A stretch of 60,249 nt of DNA, counting the filler, from Callorhinchus milii (lineage: Eukaryota), in the NCBI RefSeq assembly GCF_018977255.1. It is 2 parts of 2 records of this genome, joined end to end, with 100 filler letters (N's around TTAATTAATTAA, not from the genome) between each part and the next. Parts side by side here need not be neighbours in the genome. Positions count along the whole stretch, not along the records: positions 1 to 30,143 come from NW_024705635.1; positions 30,244 to 60,249 come from NW_024705636.1. The stretch is one strand, 5' to 3'. The notes under the pieces were generated by a model, which was not told where the DNA came from, did not search any database, and worked only from the letters and a program-made list of their open reading frames with translations. How positions within the stretch are numbered: the stretch's first letter is position 1; each line of letters starts with the position of its first letter. The translations under genes were made by a program, and so were the position numbers. Below, piece after piece: positions 25,601 through 37,724 of this stretch.

Positions 25601-28160
25601 GTTCTGCAAAAACGTCTCGAGCGGGCTAACTCATCAAATATCTAGAGGGGGGAGTTATGGAGAAACAAACAGGGGCTCTAAAGTTTTTATATCTTGGATA
25701 TATCCTGTCCAGGAAGGTCAATAATTTTTCTCAACGCTTGTAACACGGGCCTGCGGGGAACAGAGTTACAACTATGATAGCATTCGTCCATTGCCCTAGC
25801 CCCAAATACGGACCAATCGTTACTAACTACTGAGTGGTGCCTAAGGCCTAACACATGCAGAACCTGTGCTGGTGATTAACCTCCCATATTGCATTACGGG
25901 GTGGCGGGGATATCCTGTCTATGTGTTCGTGATAGGAGAGCACGTCGGACTGGACACACTTCTCGATGTTAGACTTCTGGTCCCTATAAGTTGCATAAAA
26001 TGTTCCAGCCCGTATTACTCTTGGCTCGAACCTCGCCGTGAAGAGTTTACTCCGCAAGATGGCCCAATCTTTCGAGGCTAAGGCTGACCAGAAACGTCAG
26101 TTAGAATGACTTAAATTTGCTTAAATCGGCACTCCGTAAAAGCCACGGCGCTATCGATCTCGGTATTCTCCTATACACCGATGACCGCACATAGCACTAT
26201 TGGAGCACTAGTACGCCCAATCCCATTGTGGCCAAATGAGGCAATAACGTTGAAATTGTCTTTACCCTTGGAGCACAGGCTAGAAGTCAGCTAAATAGAA
26301 TGTCAGTCGAGGCACGGCGCACGAGGTCAACGCGGTGAATCTACGTAAATGCTCCGATTCCCTGAAGAACGCCGCTTTGCCGAGAAGCCTCTCCGCCGTT
26401 TCTCACTAGGAGCATCTATCATAGGATGTCCTTCGCCAGCCTTTTGATTTTTTAAAAGAGGAGTCCAAGGTCTATGGACTTGCCTCGCCCTGGTGAATCG
26501 AGTGCAGATAATACCGGGGGAAGAAATATCTTTGTCGGTACGCACTGGCATAGTGATTGAGAAGCTCGCTTGCGTGGGGTCTTAGTTAGCGTGAAATGTT
26601 ATAGCGTGCGCCTAGAGTACAGGCACAGACTCTGGTCGCGCCCCAAGACAGCAAGCCTGACTTGGGCCTTACCAATGGTCAACGCGCCTATGACGAGACC
26701 CCTACTAATATACTGTTCCCCTCGAAGGCTGTGATCAACCCACACCGTGATAGGCATAGACCGAGAAGTATTCGGCCCGTTGGTGCTACACTACCTGTCA
26801 TGGTATGTGGAGCAAAGACTATTGTTTTCATGCTGAGGAGAGCGCTGAAGGATAGGGAGATTTGGAATAGGAAGCGATATAGGTCAGGAGACCGCCATTC
26901 CCTCCAGCTGCGAACATGGGCAGTCATATTTTTTTATATGGGTGCTGTTAACTAGGATGAGGCTGGTAGCTCGAGGTAAGGATGGGTTTCAGATCTAGAT
27001 GGTGCATGGGGGGTCCGATCCAATGAGGGAAACGCAGTTGTAGCGCAATGGCATTCTATGTAATGTTGACATCGTAAGATGGACCTTAAAAGTGTCTCAC
27101 CCGTGGCGTAACTATGGTGCTTGCGCCCGACAAGTCCTATGGTACCTATGTCGAACCGTCAGACTATCTAGATACTATAAAGTGAGAGCATCTCGCGTAT
27201 CCGTTAATTCAGGGCGCGAACCTATTTCCAGCATCTGCCGTTAGCCAGATGGTTCGGGAGAAGCTGTGCTATCAACTCTCACTATATTCAAATCTACTTA
27301 ATAATAATCCGAAAATTCCCATATCTGTTATACGAAGAAAAAGAGTGCTCTAGTCAGACATTAAGTTTGATTTTGATTATAACCACAGTCCTTGCCAGCT
27401 AGCCCATTAATGTAGGACAATCTAGCGGGGTCCATATAGCGTTGTGGCTGAGACGACAGCATGAACTTGCCATATCGCCCATTGGGTCGTGAGTGCTCCA
27501 GTTTATCTGGCCTATACTCATTGAGACGAGTCGGCGCTTCCCGAAAACGGCCAAATAAGCCACATCTAACGCTGGCAACGGGACGGCCCGTGGAAGACAT
27601 GTGACTAAATGTGCGGATGAAGTCAAGTACTATTTCCATGTGATAAGGCAGGGCTAAACGAGGTGCTAGTTGAAGAACGATATACAGAATAGGTTTAAAG
27701 GCAGAGACTCGTAAATACCGTAAATCAAACGGGTGTCCCTCGAATTATCCTTCATATAGTATGGGGAGCGTTTAATTATGTATCCCAAGTGCGTATGAAC
27801 GCTACTCCAAACACGTTAAATGGTGCCTCTGCGCCATCACTACTGACCGCGAGCCCTCCAACGAAGTCTGCTACATTTCCTCAGGAGTCTTCGTCCTCCA
27901 TGCGGTTACGAGGCCTTAGAGGAAACGTCGGATATCACGGATGATGCCCATGTTTTATTTTGCTGTAGCTTGAACATTCCCGGATGCGTGGCATTCGGCT
28001 GCAACAATTGGACCGCAGATTAGTCCATCTTTCCGCTGGTAAGTGCTTGACGCTCCAGATAAATTAACCGATTATAGGCGTATAGCTAGGAGTCAGCTCT
28101 TTTGTGAGAAGGCAACCGCATCTAAGGATCACCAACGAGTATCGTTACGGGAGGCACGTT
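19639..28160. other. Random-looking block after a 30-N gap (probable filler or shuffled sequence)
   Basis: No repeats, microsatellites or recognisable ORFs, and even base usage, unlike all flanking DNA. Confidence 0.7.
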
Positions 28161-28261
28161 AGCACCACTCTTCACTACCACTGCACACACACACGGTCAT
28201 GTTAGTGTAGCACTATTATTAATTATTATAATTCACTAATTATTATTCACAAGTTATTAGC

Positions 28262-28655
28262 AGTACGTGTACATTTATACTAACGAATATCAGTATGTGT
28301 AAACTAATACTAACTAATATTAGTATATGTACACTAATTCTACCTAATATTAGTATGTGTACACTAATACTAACTAATATTAGTATGTGTACACTAATAC
28401 TAACTAATATTGGTATGTGTACACTAATACTAACTAATATTAGTATGTGTACACTAATACTAACTAATATTGGTATGTGTACACTAATACTAACTAATAT
28501 TAGTATGTGTACACTAATACTAACGAATATTAGTTTGTGTAAAATAATACTAATATTAGTATGTGTACACTAATACTAACGAACATTAGTTTGTGTGAAC
28601 TAATACTAATATTAGTATGTGTACACTAATACTAACTAATATTAGTATGTGTACT
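28262..28655 (+). repeat. 30-bp AT-rich minisatellite, paralogue of 4040-4868
   Basis: Same unit, again abutting the SPRY acceptor. Confidence 0.95.
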
Positions 28656-28671
28656 CTCTTACTCACCACAG

Positions 28672-29233
28672 ATGGACGCTCACCGACTCTGGACACAAAC
28701 TCAGCCCACGACCGCCTCCAGATTTCCTCGGATCTCAGGACGGCGACGTGGAACGCTGTCCCCCAGGGTCGCCCCCATCACCCACACCGCTTTGAGTACT
28801 GGGATCAAGCCCTGTGCTCTGAGAGCTTCTCGTCGGGTCAGCACTACTGGGAGGTGGACGTAGGGAGCGCGAGGTGGGGGTGTCGGGTTGGAGTCGCGTA
28901 CGGGACGATCCCACGGAGAGGGAGTGGTGCTGAGTGCCGCCTGGGAGGGAGTGACGTCTCCTGGTGTCTACGGAAACAAGGCGACAGCTTCTCAGTGCTG
29001 CATGGCGGGGTAGAGACCTCACTGTCGGTGCCGCAGCCTCCGCGGAGAGTCGGGGTCCATCTGGACTGGGACGCGGGGCTGCTGTCGTTTTACAGCGCCG
29101 ACTCCATGGCGCTGTTATACTCGTTTCACCAAACCTTCACTCAGCCCCTATACCCTGGGCTGTGGGTGGGGTGGTGGTTTGGGGTGGTGTTGGTGCCTCA
29201 GTGAGGATTGTGGATCTGAGTGGCGCGTCCTGA
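28672..29233 (+). CDS. PRY-SPRY (B30.2) terminal exon of TRIM gene, probably partner of the 14250 exon
   Basis: cacag| acceptor. Open frame GRSPTLDTNSAH..RFEYWDQALCSESFSSGQHYWEVDV..RVGVHLDWDAGLLSFY..FTQPLYPGLWV, stop at 29204. The paralogous SVRIVDLSGAS* end at 29233 is in another frame. Confidence 0.9.
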
Positions 29234-30143
29234 GAGAGGTGAACGTGAACAGCGCAGAGGACAGACGCCACCACGACGCACGGCGCTCGCCACCCTCGTC
29301 ACCGCCACGCGCAGCGCCACGCCCGTGACTGGCTGGTGGCTGTCGGTGGCTCGGGGCTGCGTGGCTCTCCATCACAACGGGGGGACTGAGCGTAAACAAT
29401 CCTCACAACCTTTCTAGGGGGCTGGGGGGTGATAAAATAGTACCGCTCTGTGTGTGTGAAGCCAGCGTGGATGTATTCAACCTGCCAGAGGAGTGTGACT
29501 GTGGTGTAGGGTGCAATGAGTAGCAATGGTGAACTGGGATGTGTTTATACACTGGTGGTGTCATGGGTTGTGGGAGAGACACAACAAAAATAATATTATA
29601 TTCTTCATGTTCTTTCGGTAAAGTCACGTAGATAAAAACAGAAAAATATGGAAATTTAATAATAAACATTAAATAAAAATGTAAATGTGAAACCAAAAAT
29701 TCATGACGTTTTGATCGCAACACAAGCGGCCGTCATCAGTCAAGAAAAGTTTTACGTCAAAACAATAATATTATTGATTTTTAAAAGTATAAATGTCCGT
29801 GTACGACCGTGGCAATGTAACGCTTGTATCGTCGATTCTACAATAAAAATACAGAATACAACAACAATGTAGTTGTGTACAGCGTCATTCGTGCTCACTG
29901 CATCCCGCAACGCCGTTCATTAATTAAACACGAGGAGCAAATCCTCTCCACAGCCACTGCCAAGCAAATTAAATCTACAAATTAATAAACAAATAAAGAG
30001 ACGGCGCCAAACACAAAAGGCGCCAACAATGTCCGATCTGTTCAAGTTGTCTGCTGCTGCTGCGTCATGGACGTGGTGACGTCACCACGCACGCTCCCAC
30101 AACGCGGTGACGTCACCACGCACGCCCCCCAACGCGTGACGTC

Positions 30144-30243
30144 NNNNNNNNNNNNNNNNNNNNNNNNNNNNNNNNNNNNNNNNNNNNTTAATTAATTAAN
30201 NNNNNNNNNNNNNNNNNNNNNNNNNNNNNNNNNNNNNNNNNNN
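30144..30243. other. Artificial contig spacer N44-TTAATTAATTAA-N44
   Basis: Symmetric 100-bp construct with stop codons in all six frames. Confidence 0.9.
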
Positions 30244-30924
30244 AGCTCGATTGGATCACGGGAAGTGGGGTAAAAAACGACCGACAGATTTGCACGGTCG
30301 TAAGCAAGCAAGCAAGTGAACTTAATATAAAGGATTTAAAAAAAGAAGCCGATGAAGCGGCGAGCACCCTCGTGAGAAAGAGCAGTTGGACTCAGCGTTG
30401 TTATTGCACGTGTACGACACACCGGCTACCTAAGGCAGTGCAACAAGTGGATTGCAGATACAGCTGTGATGTGGAATTTGAGTGTTCTCCCTGAGTATCG
30501 ATTTTGGTCCAGGCACTGTTTACCGCGGGGCTAAAACGTTCACCCTGTATTTATGTATTCATGTTAGACAATCATTGGTGACCGGGTTGAGGTTATAAAC
30601 CCTCTTACACCTGAGAACTTGCTTTACTCACGGGTGGCTGATACTCAGATTCGAACCCAGGCTCCCATCGGTCCCGGGGGCTTGAGTCATTAACCCCCCT
30701 CTCCTCCCCTCCCCTCCCACCGGGGCACTCGGCCAGAACGCCGTTGCAAGTTTATAGGACGGGGAAATCGGTTTGGTTGATCATTGACCTTCCAGCCATC
30801 AAAAGGTTGCAGCAAATCCTCAGCGCCAAACAAGCGGCACAATTTCAGTTGATTAGAAGGGCCGCGGTGGGGGTGGCGTGTAGTGGGAGGGGGTTGTGGG
30901 AGGTTACCTCGCCACTGATCCAGC

Positions 30925-31080
30925 AGTGGCTATGAGACGTTAACTCCCTCGCCACGTGTGCAGGAGGCCGTGGGTTCGATCCCGACCCTGACGCCTGCTG
31001 CTGCGTATTTGCAGTTCGCGTGCCTCTCCTTCTCCCCGCGGTCGCGTGGATGTTTCTCCCGGGTCCTCCGTTTAAACAAC
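30925..31080 (+). mobile_element. V-SINE-like copy
   Basis: GTGGCTATGAGACG...GGTTCGATCCC...CCCGGGTCCTCCGTTT. Confidence 0.65.
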
Positions 31081-31288
31081 ATCGTGCTGTACTGGCAACG
31101 TTAACAATCACACGATAAGTAAAAACCACACAGCAGCATCGCCCCAAACAGCGGAACCACCGCTGACTAAACCCGCGTGCGCGTGTCAGACTCGCGCAGT
31201 GAGAGCGGTGGCGACAAATACCAACTGCGATCACGCTGGTCAACACACTTTGTCTGGCACGAGGTATTCCAAGGGTTTTAATGTAATT

Positions 31289-31752
31289 TGGACTTTTGCA
31301 GCTGTTCTATACTAATTTCAGGGTGCTGATTCCAAATCTGGCATCAGTTTTTGTCTATCACATCAGGTTTTTGAAATATCAAATATTGCATTTTCAATAA
31401 AAACTGCGGAAGAAAAATATTAAATAAATGTGGATATCTACATAAAATGATATTCTAAACACACTATCCTAAACATACAGCACCATATTTTAACACTAAA
31501 GCAGTCTTGTAGATTTGAAGCTTTCGTGACTGCAATGATTCATATTCTTGGGTCTTTTCGGTAAACCTAAGAATACTAAAGCAGTCACTGACTCGCAACC
31601 ACTTGCAATCATAAGTGACAGAGTTAATTTCGAGTAAAATCAATGAAAATGGGGTATGCCGATAGCATAAAAATGAGATGTTATATAGCAAATCTGAGAT
31701 CAGATTTGGAATCAGCACCCTGAAATTAGTCTAGAACAGCTGCAAAAGTCCA
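31289..31752. mobile_element. Non-autonomous DNA transposon (MITE) with ~50-bp inverted repeats and a nested Penelope 3' fragment
   Basis: TGGACTTTTGCAGCTGTTCTATACTAATTTCAGGGTGCTGATTCCAAATCTG versus its near-exact reverse complement at 31701-31752. The Penelope end at 31509-31574 is flanked by ACTAAAGCAGTC direct repeats. Confidence 0.7.
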
Positions 31753-34362
31753 GGCCAGAAAAACATGTTGTTTTTTGTTGACCAGTGTAATTATTTGATT
31801 TCTGAGATGCCGAATCGGAGCCATAGAGCACAGGGTTTGTGTTTTATTGTCGTAGTTTTGTAATGGCTTCGTTCGTGGTGCGTGCCCGTCGTCGTGGTAA
31901 TGAACACGGCGTGTTGTGTTCACTAAAGACAATTCCGCTCGTGCACAATGTTACAGGAAGCGCAGTTTGAAGTAATTCGGTACAAACTAATTGAATTGAG
32001 TCCACGGCCACGTGTATTGGCGGCAGAGAGAAGGAGCGGACCTTGTAACCAATTCAATTCGAGTCGTTCCCCGTCTCCGTTTTTTTGTTAGTTTTGTTAA
32101 CCAGCCGAGATCCCATTGTCATCTGCAAGGGGTGGGGGAGGGGGGTAAACCCCCAGATCGAGCGCGTTTGTACGCCACAGAATTCGCAAGTACGCGACGG
32201 AGTTAGGCAACAGAACTGCCTCTCTCCCGCGGAGACTTGTTTTTTGCTTCGTTACTCGCACATCCCTCTGATCCTCCGAGGGCGCTGGGTCCACACCAAC
32301 ATCTCCCAACCGCAGCCGCTCCGATTCTGCCTTTTATTTTTTTGTGTTGCCGTGAATTTCCGTGGCTTATTTTTTTTATTTCCCAGCGGATAAAGGATAT
32401 TTCCCCCCACCGCCCCCCCCGTGTCAAAGTGTATAACAGGAGCACTTTTCTAATAAAACATTTTTTTTAAATAATAATAATCTGTAATTGTGGAGTGCTT
32501 TGATGTTGTCTGCCGGCCGTGTCGCCCTTGAAAAGGAGGGCTTGTCAGCTGGTCCGGGCTTTCCTCGTCCAGTGAAACTTCTGAACTTCTGAAAAAAATA
32601 GAGCTTCGTAGATCATCGGATTTCTCAAATTTAAAATAAATATTCTGATTCGTATAACTATAGACACACAACGTACGGAGGAGCGCTGTGTTCATGCCCT
32701 GCTGCTGGATGAATGCCTCCCCCTCGCCGTGGGCATTGTTTGACCATACTTCACCACGCTGGTCACCGCGGGGATGTGGTGAAAGGCAACCACGATGTGG
32801 TTCAGATGTGACTCACCGCTGATGTCAGCAGTGGCCGGGAATTGAAACTCAAGTTGCTGGATTTGCAGCGGAGTGCTGTAAACTAAACTAAAAAATAGTT
32901 AAGTTTAGTTTGTGTACATTTTGTAAGTGATTCGATTACCTTTCCTCTACTTAGGACTCCTATTGTGTCTCTGTGTCGTTTGTTGTTGGCACGTTCTGAC
33001 CTGCCCCGACTGGACATCTGTCTAAAAGAGCTTTATCGCTCATCGGATTCCTCCAGTATAAACATTCTGATTGTGTGCGCTAACAACTGCGCCACCGCTC
33101 CACGCCGAGCGCTCATGCTGCCAGCTCGTGCATTGTGTGCACACGTGGTGGTCACACACAACAACGCGTCTCATGAAGACAAAACACTCAGCACGTTCGT
33201 CAACAATGTTGTGGCCTTCAAATAAAACAAATTAGATGTTGGCCAATGGAATTTGCTGATATCACACACACACAACTCTTAGGTTGTTTTTCTTTCGGTA
33301 AAGTCACGTAGGTAAAAATTAAATTAATAAAAGTAAAATAAAATAAAAATCACGACATTTCAGTTTGTACAAACTGAGTTGCAGTGGTGGTGATTGCTAC
33401 ATTGGAGAAACAAAACGCCATGTCTCTGATGTGTCCGCGAGCACAAGTCAGATCTGAAACACGGCAAAACTGATTCTTCGGCCGTTGCCGATCATTGCTA
33501 CAACTCGGTGGGCTCTCATGAAATTGTCTTTTCCGAGACCAAGGTGCTCTGCAAACCTCCTGGCTACCATCAAAGGTTTGTACACGAAGCCATACAAATA
33601 TACAAACACAGACATAATTTCAACCGTGATGATGGTTATAAACTGAGTAATCATTGGAAAGATGTGATTAACCATGCAAAAAAGATTTAACTACACTTAT
33701 TTGGACCATCTTATTTGACAGACAACTATTCTTGAGTTACTGTACAGGTTACTGATAGACAGCCAGTTTTGTTTTACCATGTTTAGCTTCTTTTTTCACA
33801 CACTGGTTTCCTGCTACAAGTTTTACCCACCAAACAACACAGCAGGAGGCCGTTTCTTCCTGACCTGCTTTTGTGCTTTTACCATCTACATGGCAGAGGC
33901 TCGGTCTCATTTGCAGCAGTTGCACATTGAACAACTCTGGGACCCCCCCCCCCTCTCAGGCTCAGTCCTTTGTTATATAGACTAGCCGTAGTCTCAAGCC
34001 GCACCTTACCATAATAATAACAAGTAAACCCGTAAAAACAAAGTTTTTCACTATAAATCCTTTATATGCGTGGCGGCTAGAGTCTTCTCGTCCTCTGGCT
34101 TGAGATGGCTGCCACCTATGGGTCAGATGATTGTCTGCCAGTATTAAGCAATTGGTAATTAAATATTTAATTTGTTTTCCCTAAACAGTGTAAAATTTGT
34201 AAAAATGTTTCACGAACATTAATTGTCTCGCACAACGAGTCTGTGTGGAAAATGTCAGCTCGATTGGATCACGGGAAGTGGGTTAAAAAACGAGCGAAAG
34301 ATTTGCACGGTCTTAAGCAAGCAAGCGAACTTAATATAAAGGATTTAAAATACATTCGCCTG

Positions 34363-34434
34363 TGGAGGACGCGGGATCGATCCCGCGACGTTTGGCATGG
34401 GAAGCGAGGGCACTACCAACTGCGCTACTCCGCC
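34363..34434 (-). pseudogene. tRNA-like sequence (Gly-CCC-like), probably a SINE head or pseudogene
   Basis: GGCGGAGTAGCGCAGTTGGTAGTGC..TTCCCAT..GCGGGATCGATCCCGC. D and T arms are recognisable; anticodon and acceptor stems pair poorly. Confidence 0.4.
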
Positions 34435-34830
34435 ACGGCCTGTGGAGGGTTACGCTCTGGGCTCTTGCACTGTGATGTTCAGCCAAAGCCATGAATGAGT
34501 TCTATTTGAATAAATGTAAAATATTTTTTTTGCCTAAAAAGTGTAAACAAAAATTTTAAAAATTTTCACGAACAATAATTGTCTCGCACAACGAGTCTGT
34601 GTGGAAAATGTCAGCTCGATTGGATCACGGGAAGTGGGTTAAAAAACGAGCGAAAGATTTGCACGGTCGCAAGCAAGCAAGCACGCAAGCAAGCAAGCAA
34701 ACTTAATATAAAGGATTTAAAAAGTGGGCCGGTCCTGGCCCATCCCCCCCCCCTCAACCATTATATAAACGGAGTGGTATCTCTTGTAATCTCTCATTTA
34801 CTTGATACAGCTGTCGGGCTGTGACGGTTC

Positions 34831-34871
34831 CACCTGAAGACGGAAGCTTGTGTTGCCTCTGAAACGTCGTG
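34831..34871 (+). ncRNA. Minimal hammerhead ribozyme motif (variant, weaker stem II)
   Basis: CAC-CUGAAGA-C-GGAAG...CUCU-GAAAC-GUC-GUG. Confidence 0.55.
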
Positions 34872-35139
34872 ATTTTTATTACATTTTTATTTTACTTTTA
34901 TTAATTTTAATTTTTTTACCTACGTGACTTTACCGAAAACCTAAGAATATGAATACCTGGGGTAGGTTTGTCTGTGTGTGGTGTGTGTAGTACATAGACA
35001 CTGCTGCTGCTACTCGCTGGCAAGAGCACTTGCCCCAGCAGCCTGACGGAGGTTACACGGGGGACCTTTGTCTGTGCGCGTGTGTGTGCGTCAGGAGGGA
35101 GTGGTTCCCGAGGAGAGCCGTGGAGACCCCCAGCCGGAG

Positions 35140-35682
35140 TGTGTCTGTGTGTGTGTCTGTGTGTGTGTGACTGTGTGTGTGCTTGTGTGTGTCTGTGTGT
35201 GTGTCTGTGTGTGTCTGTGTGTGTGTGGCTGTGTGTGTGTCTGTGTGTGTGTGTCTGTGTGTGTGTCTGTGTGTGTGTCTGTGTGTGTGTGTCTGTGTGT
35301 GTGTGTGTCTGTGTGTGTGTCTGTGTGTGTGTGTCTGTGTGTGTGTCTGTGTGTGTGTCTGTGTGTGTGTCTGTGTGTGTGTGTCTGTGTGTGTGTGTGT
35401 CTGTGTGTGTGTCTCTGTGTGTGTGTGTCTGTGTGTGTGTGTCACTGTGTGTGTGTCACTGTGTGTGTCACTGTGTGTGTCTCACTGTGTGTGTCACTGT
35501 GTGTGTGTCTGTGTGTGTGTGTGACTGTGTGTGTGTGACTGTGTGTGTCTCTGAGTGGGTGGGTGAGTGGGTGGTGGGTGGGTGAGTGGGTGGGTGGGTG
35601 AGTGGGTGAGTGGGTGGGTGAGTGGGTGGGTGAGTGGGTGGGTGGGTGAGTGGGTGGGTGAGTGGGTGGGTGGGTGAGTGGT
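35140..35682 (+). repeat. (GT)n/(GTCT) microsatellite followed by (GGGT/GAGT)n
   Basis: Directly visible. Confidence 0.95.
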
Positions 35683-35888
35683 TACTGACGAGAAGGATCA
35701 GGGGTTTACATGTTCAGATTTTATTCCGATAAGACATTTTACAGCACCACTCCCAAGCACCCAGAAGCTATGATACATCACCCACATGGTAACACCATGA
35801 CCACCACCGTCATCAACATCACCAACAACATCAACATTGCCATCAATATCATCATCACGATCAACGTTACCATCGCCATCATTACCAA

Positions 35889-36420
35889 TGTAGTAAGGTT
35901 CCCGGAGACTTGACAACGTAGTTGGAGGCACACGCTTGTTTATTAACACCAGCACGTAACAGGCAGCTTACAGTACTCGAAGGAGTATCGGCCCCTTCAC
36001 CAGTCTAGCTACGGAACACAACAGCCTGGCTCACAGCTAGCTTACAGCGAGGTTACAGCACCCCGAATACCCCGTCCGGCTCTTAGAAGAGCGTCGGTTC
36101 TGGGCTCTGGGGCCACGCCGCTGGCTTGCCTGGTCGGCCCTGAAAAGGGCAGTGATCCCAGGGAGTTCCAGGGCCTGTCGAGCTGGTCTTCTTCCTTCAC
36201 TGGTGACAGCTTCACACACGAGCCCCCGAGCCGTCCGGCTCGCCGCCTTAAATAGCCATCCCCCCCTTGAGGGGAGGGGCTGTGGGGGATCCCAGCTCCG
36301 CAATAGCCCCCCAGGATAACGGTGCGGACGTCGCAGTAAACACCTTCTTCTCGTACCGACGTAGCCACGCCCAGTGTGTTTGTTTGCCACCCGCGGCAAG
36401 TCTAAATCGGGCCGTCTACA
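35889..36420 (-). mobile_element. Possible solo LTR
   Basis: TGTAG...CTACA termini. Minus-strand TATA-like (36248-36255) and AATAAA (35939-35944) in LTR order. No clear target-site duplication. Confidence 0.35.
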
Positions 36421-36429
36421 ACGGCTCTA

Positions 36430-36880
36430 CACAGAGACCCAGACTCACATAGAGACTCATAGACTCACGTAGAGACCCATAGACTTACACAGACACCCAT
36501 AAACTCACATAGAGACTCAGACTCACATAGAGACCCATAGACTCACATAGAGACCCATAGACTCACATAGAGACCCATAGACTCACATAGAGACTCATAG
36601 ACTCACGTAGAGACCCATAGACTCACATAGAGACCCATAGACTCACATAGAGACTCAAAGACTCACGTAGAGACCCAGACTCACATAGAGACCCATAGAC
36701 TCACATAGAGACTCATAGACTCACGTAGAGACCCATAGACTCACATAGAGATCCATAGACTCACGTAGAGACCCATAGACTTACACAGACACCCATAGAC
36801 TCACACAGAGACCCATAGACTCACACAGAGACCCATAGACTCACATAGAGACCCATAGACTCACATAGAGACCCATAGAC
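36430..36880 (+). repeat. 20-bp minisatellite (AGAGACCCATAGACTCACAT)n
   Basis: Directly visible. A degenerate reverse copy lies near 12395-12510. Confidence 0.92.
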
Positions 36881-36881
36881 T

Positions 36882-37505
36882 GAGGTGGTGGTGTGAGGTG
36901 GTGGTGTGAGGTGGTGGTGTGAGGTGGTGGTGAGTGGTGGTGGTGGGGAGGGTGGTTGTGGTGAGGGTGGTGGTGGTGAGGGTGGTGAGGGTGGTGGTGG
37001 TGAGGGTGGTGGTGAGGGTGTTGAGGGTGGTGGTGGTGAGGGTGGTGAGGGTGGTGGTGGTGAGGGTGGTGGTGAGGGTGTGAGGGTGGTGGTGGTGAGG
37101 GTGGTGAGGGTGGTGGTGGTGAGGGTGGTGGTGAGGGTGGTGGTGGTGAGGGTGGTGAGAGTGGTGAAGGTGGTGGTGGTGGTGAGTGATGGTGGTGGTG
37201 AGGGTGGTGGTGGTGGTGAGGCCACCTCCATCACTACCATCACCACCACCTCCACTATTACCACCACCACTGTAACGTCCACCAACACCACGACCTCTAC
37301 ACTTCCAACATCACCACCTCGATCTCCACCACCACCACTATAACTTCCACCATCGCCACCACCACCACCTCCACCATCACCACCTCCACCATCATCATCA
37401 CCACCACAACCACCATCAACACCACCATCATCATCACCACCACCATCATCACCATCATCATCACCGCCACCACCACCTCACACATCACCACCACCACCAC
37501 CACCG
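36882..37505. repeat. (GGT/GAG)n followed by (CCA/CAT)n trinucleotide repeats
   Basis: Directly visible; strand asymmetry switches at ~37222. Confidence 0.9.
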
Positions 37506-37724
37506 CTTAAACCTCATTTCACAGACCACCAGGTTTGCCGCGACTGAAGGAAAAAAAATATCAAACAAACATCATCAACAACAACAACAAATAAATAAAT
37601 AAACACGTCTCGGAGGCCAGATCTACAGGCAACGGACGACAGGAAATGAACAATATTCATGTTTAATATCCATCCTGTCGCTTCATCGGCAACCATAGCG
37701 CGCCACCAAAGACGCAGATCCACA

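Larger units (their letters stand above)
33280..34955 (+). mobile_element. Penelope remnant: inverted terminal fragment, GIY-YIG C-terminus and 3' terminal region, interrupted by other repeats
   Basis: 33390-33720 is the reverse complement of 10235-10560 (GSHEIVFSETKVL...VINHAKK). Inverted terminus at 33280-33362, direct terminus at 34790-34955. Confidence 0.8.

Noticed and set aside
35053..35585. Long Cys/Val or His/Thr ORFs (also 55870-57815)
   Set aside because: By-products of (GT)n/(CA)n and trinucleotide microsatellites.
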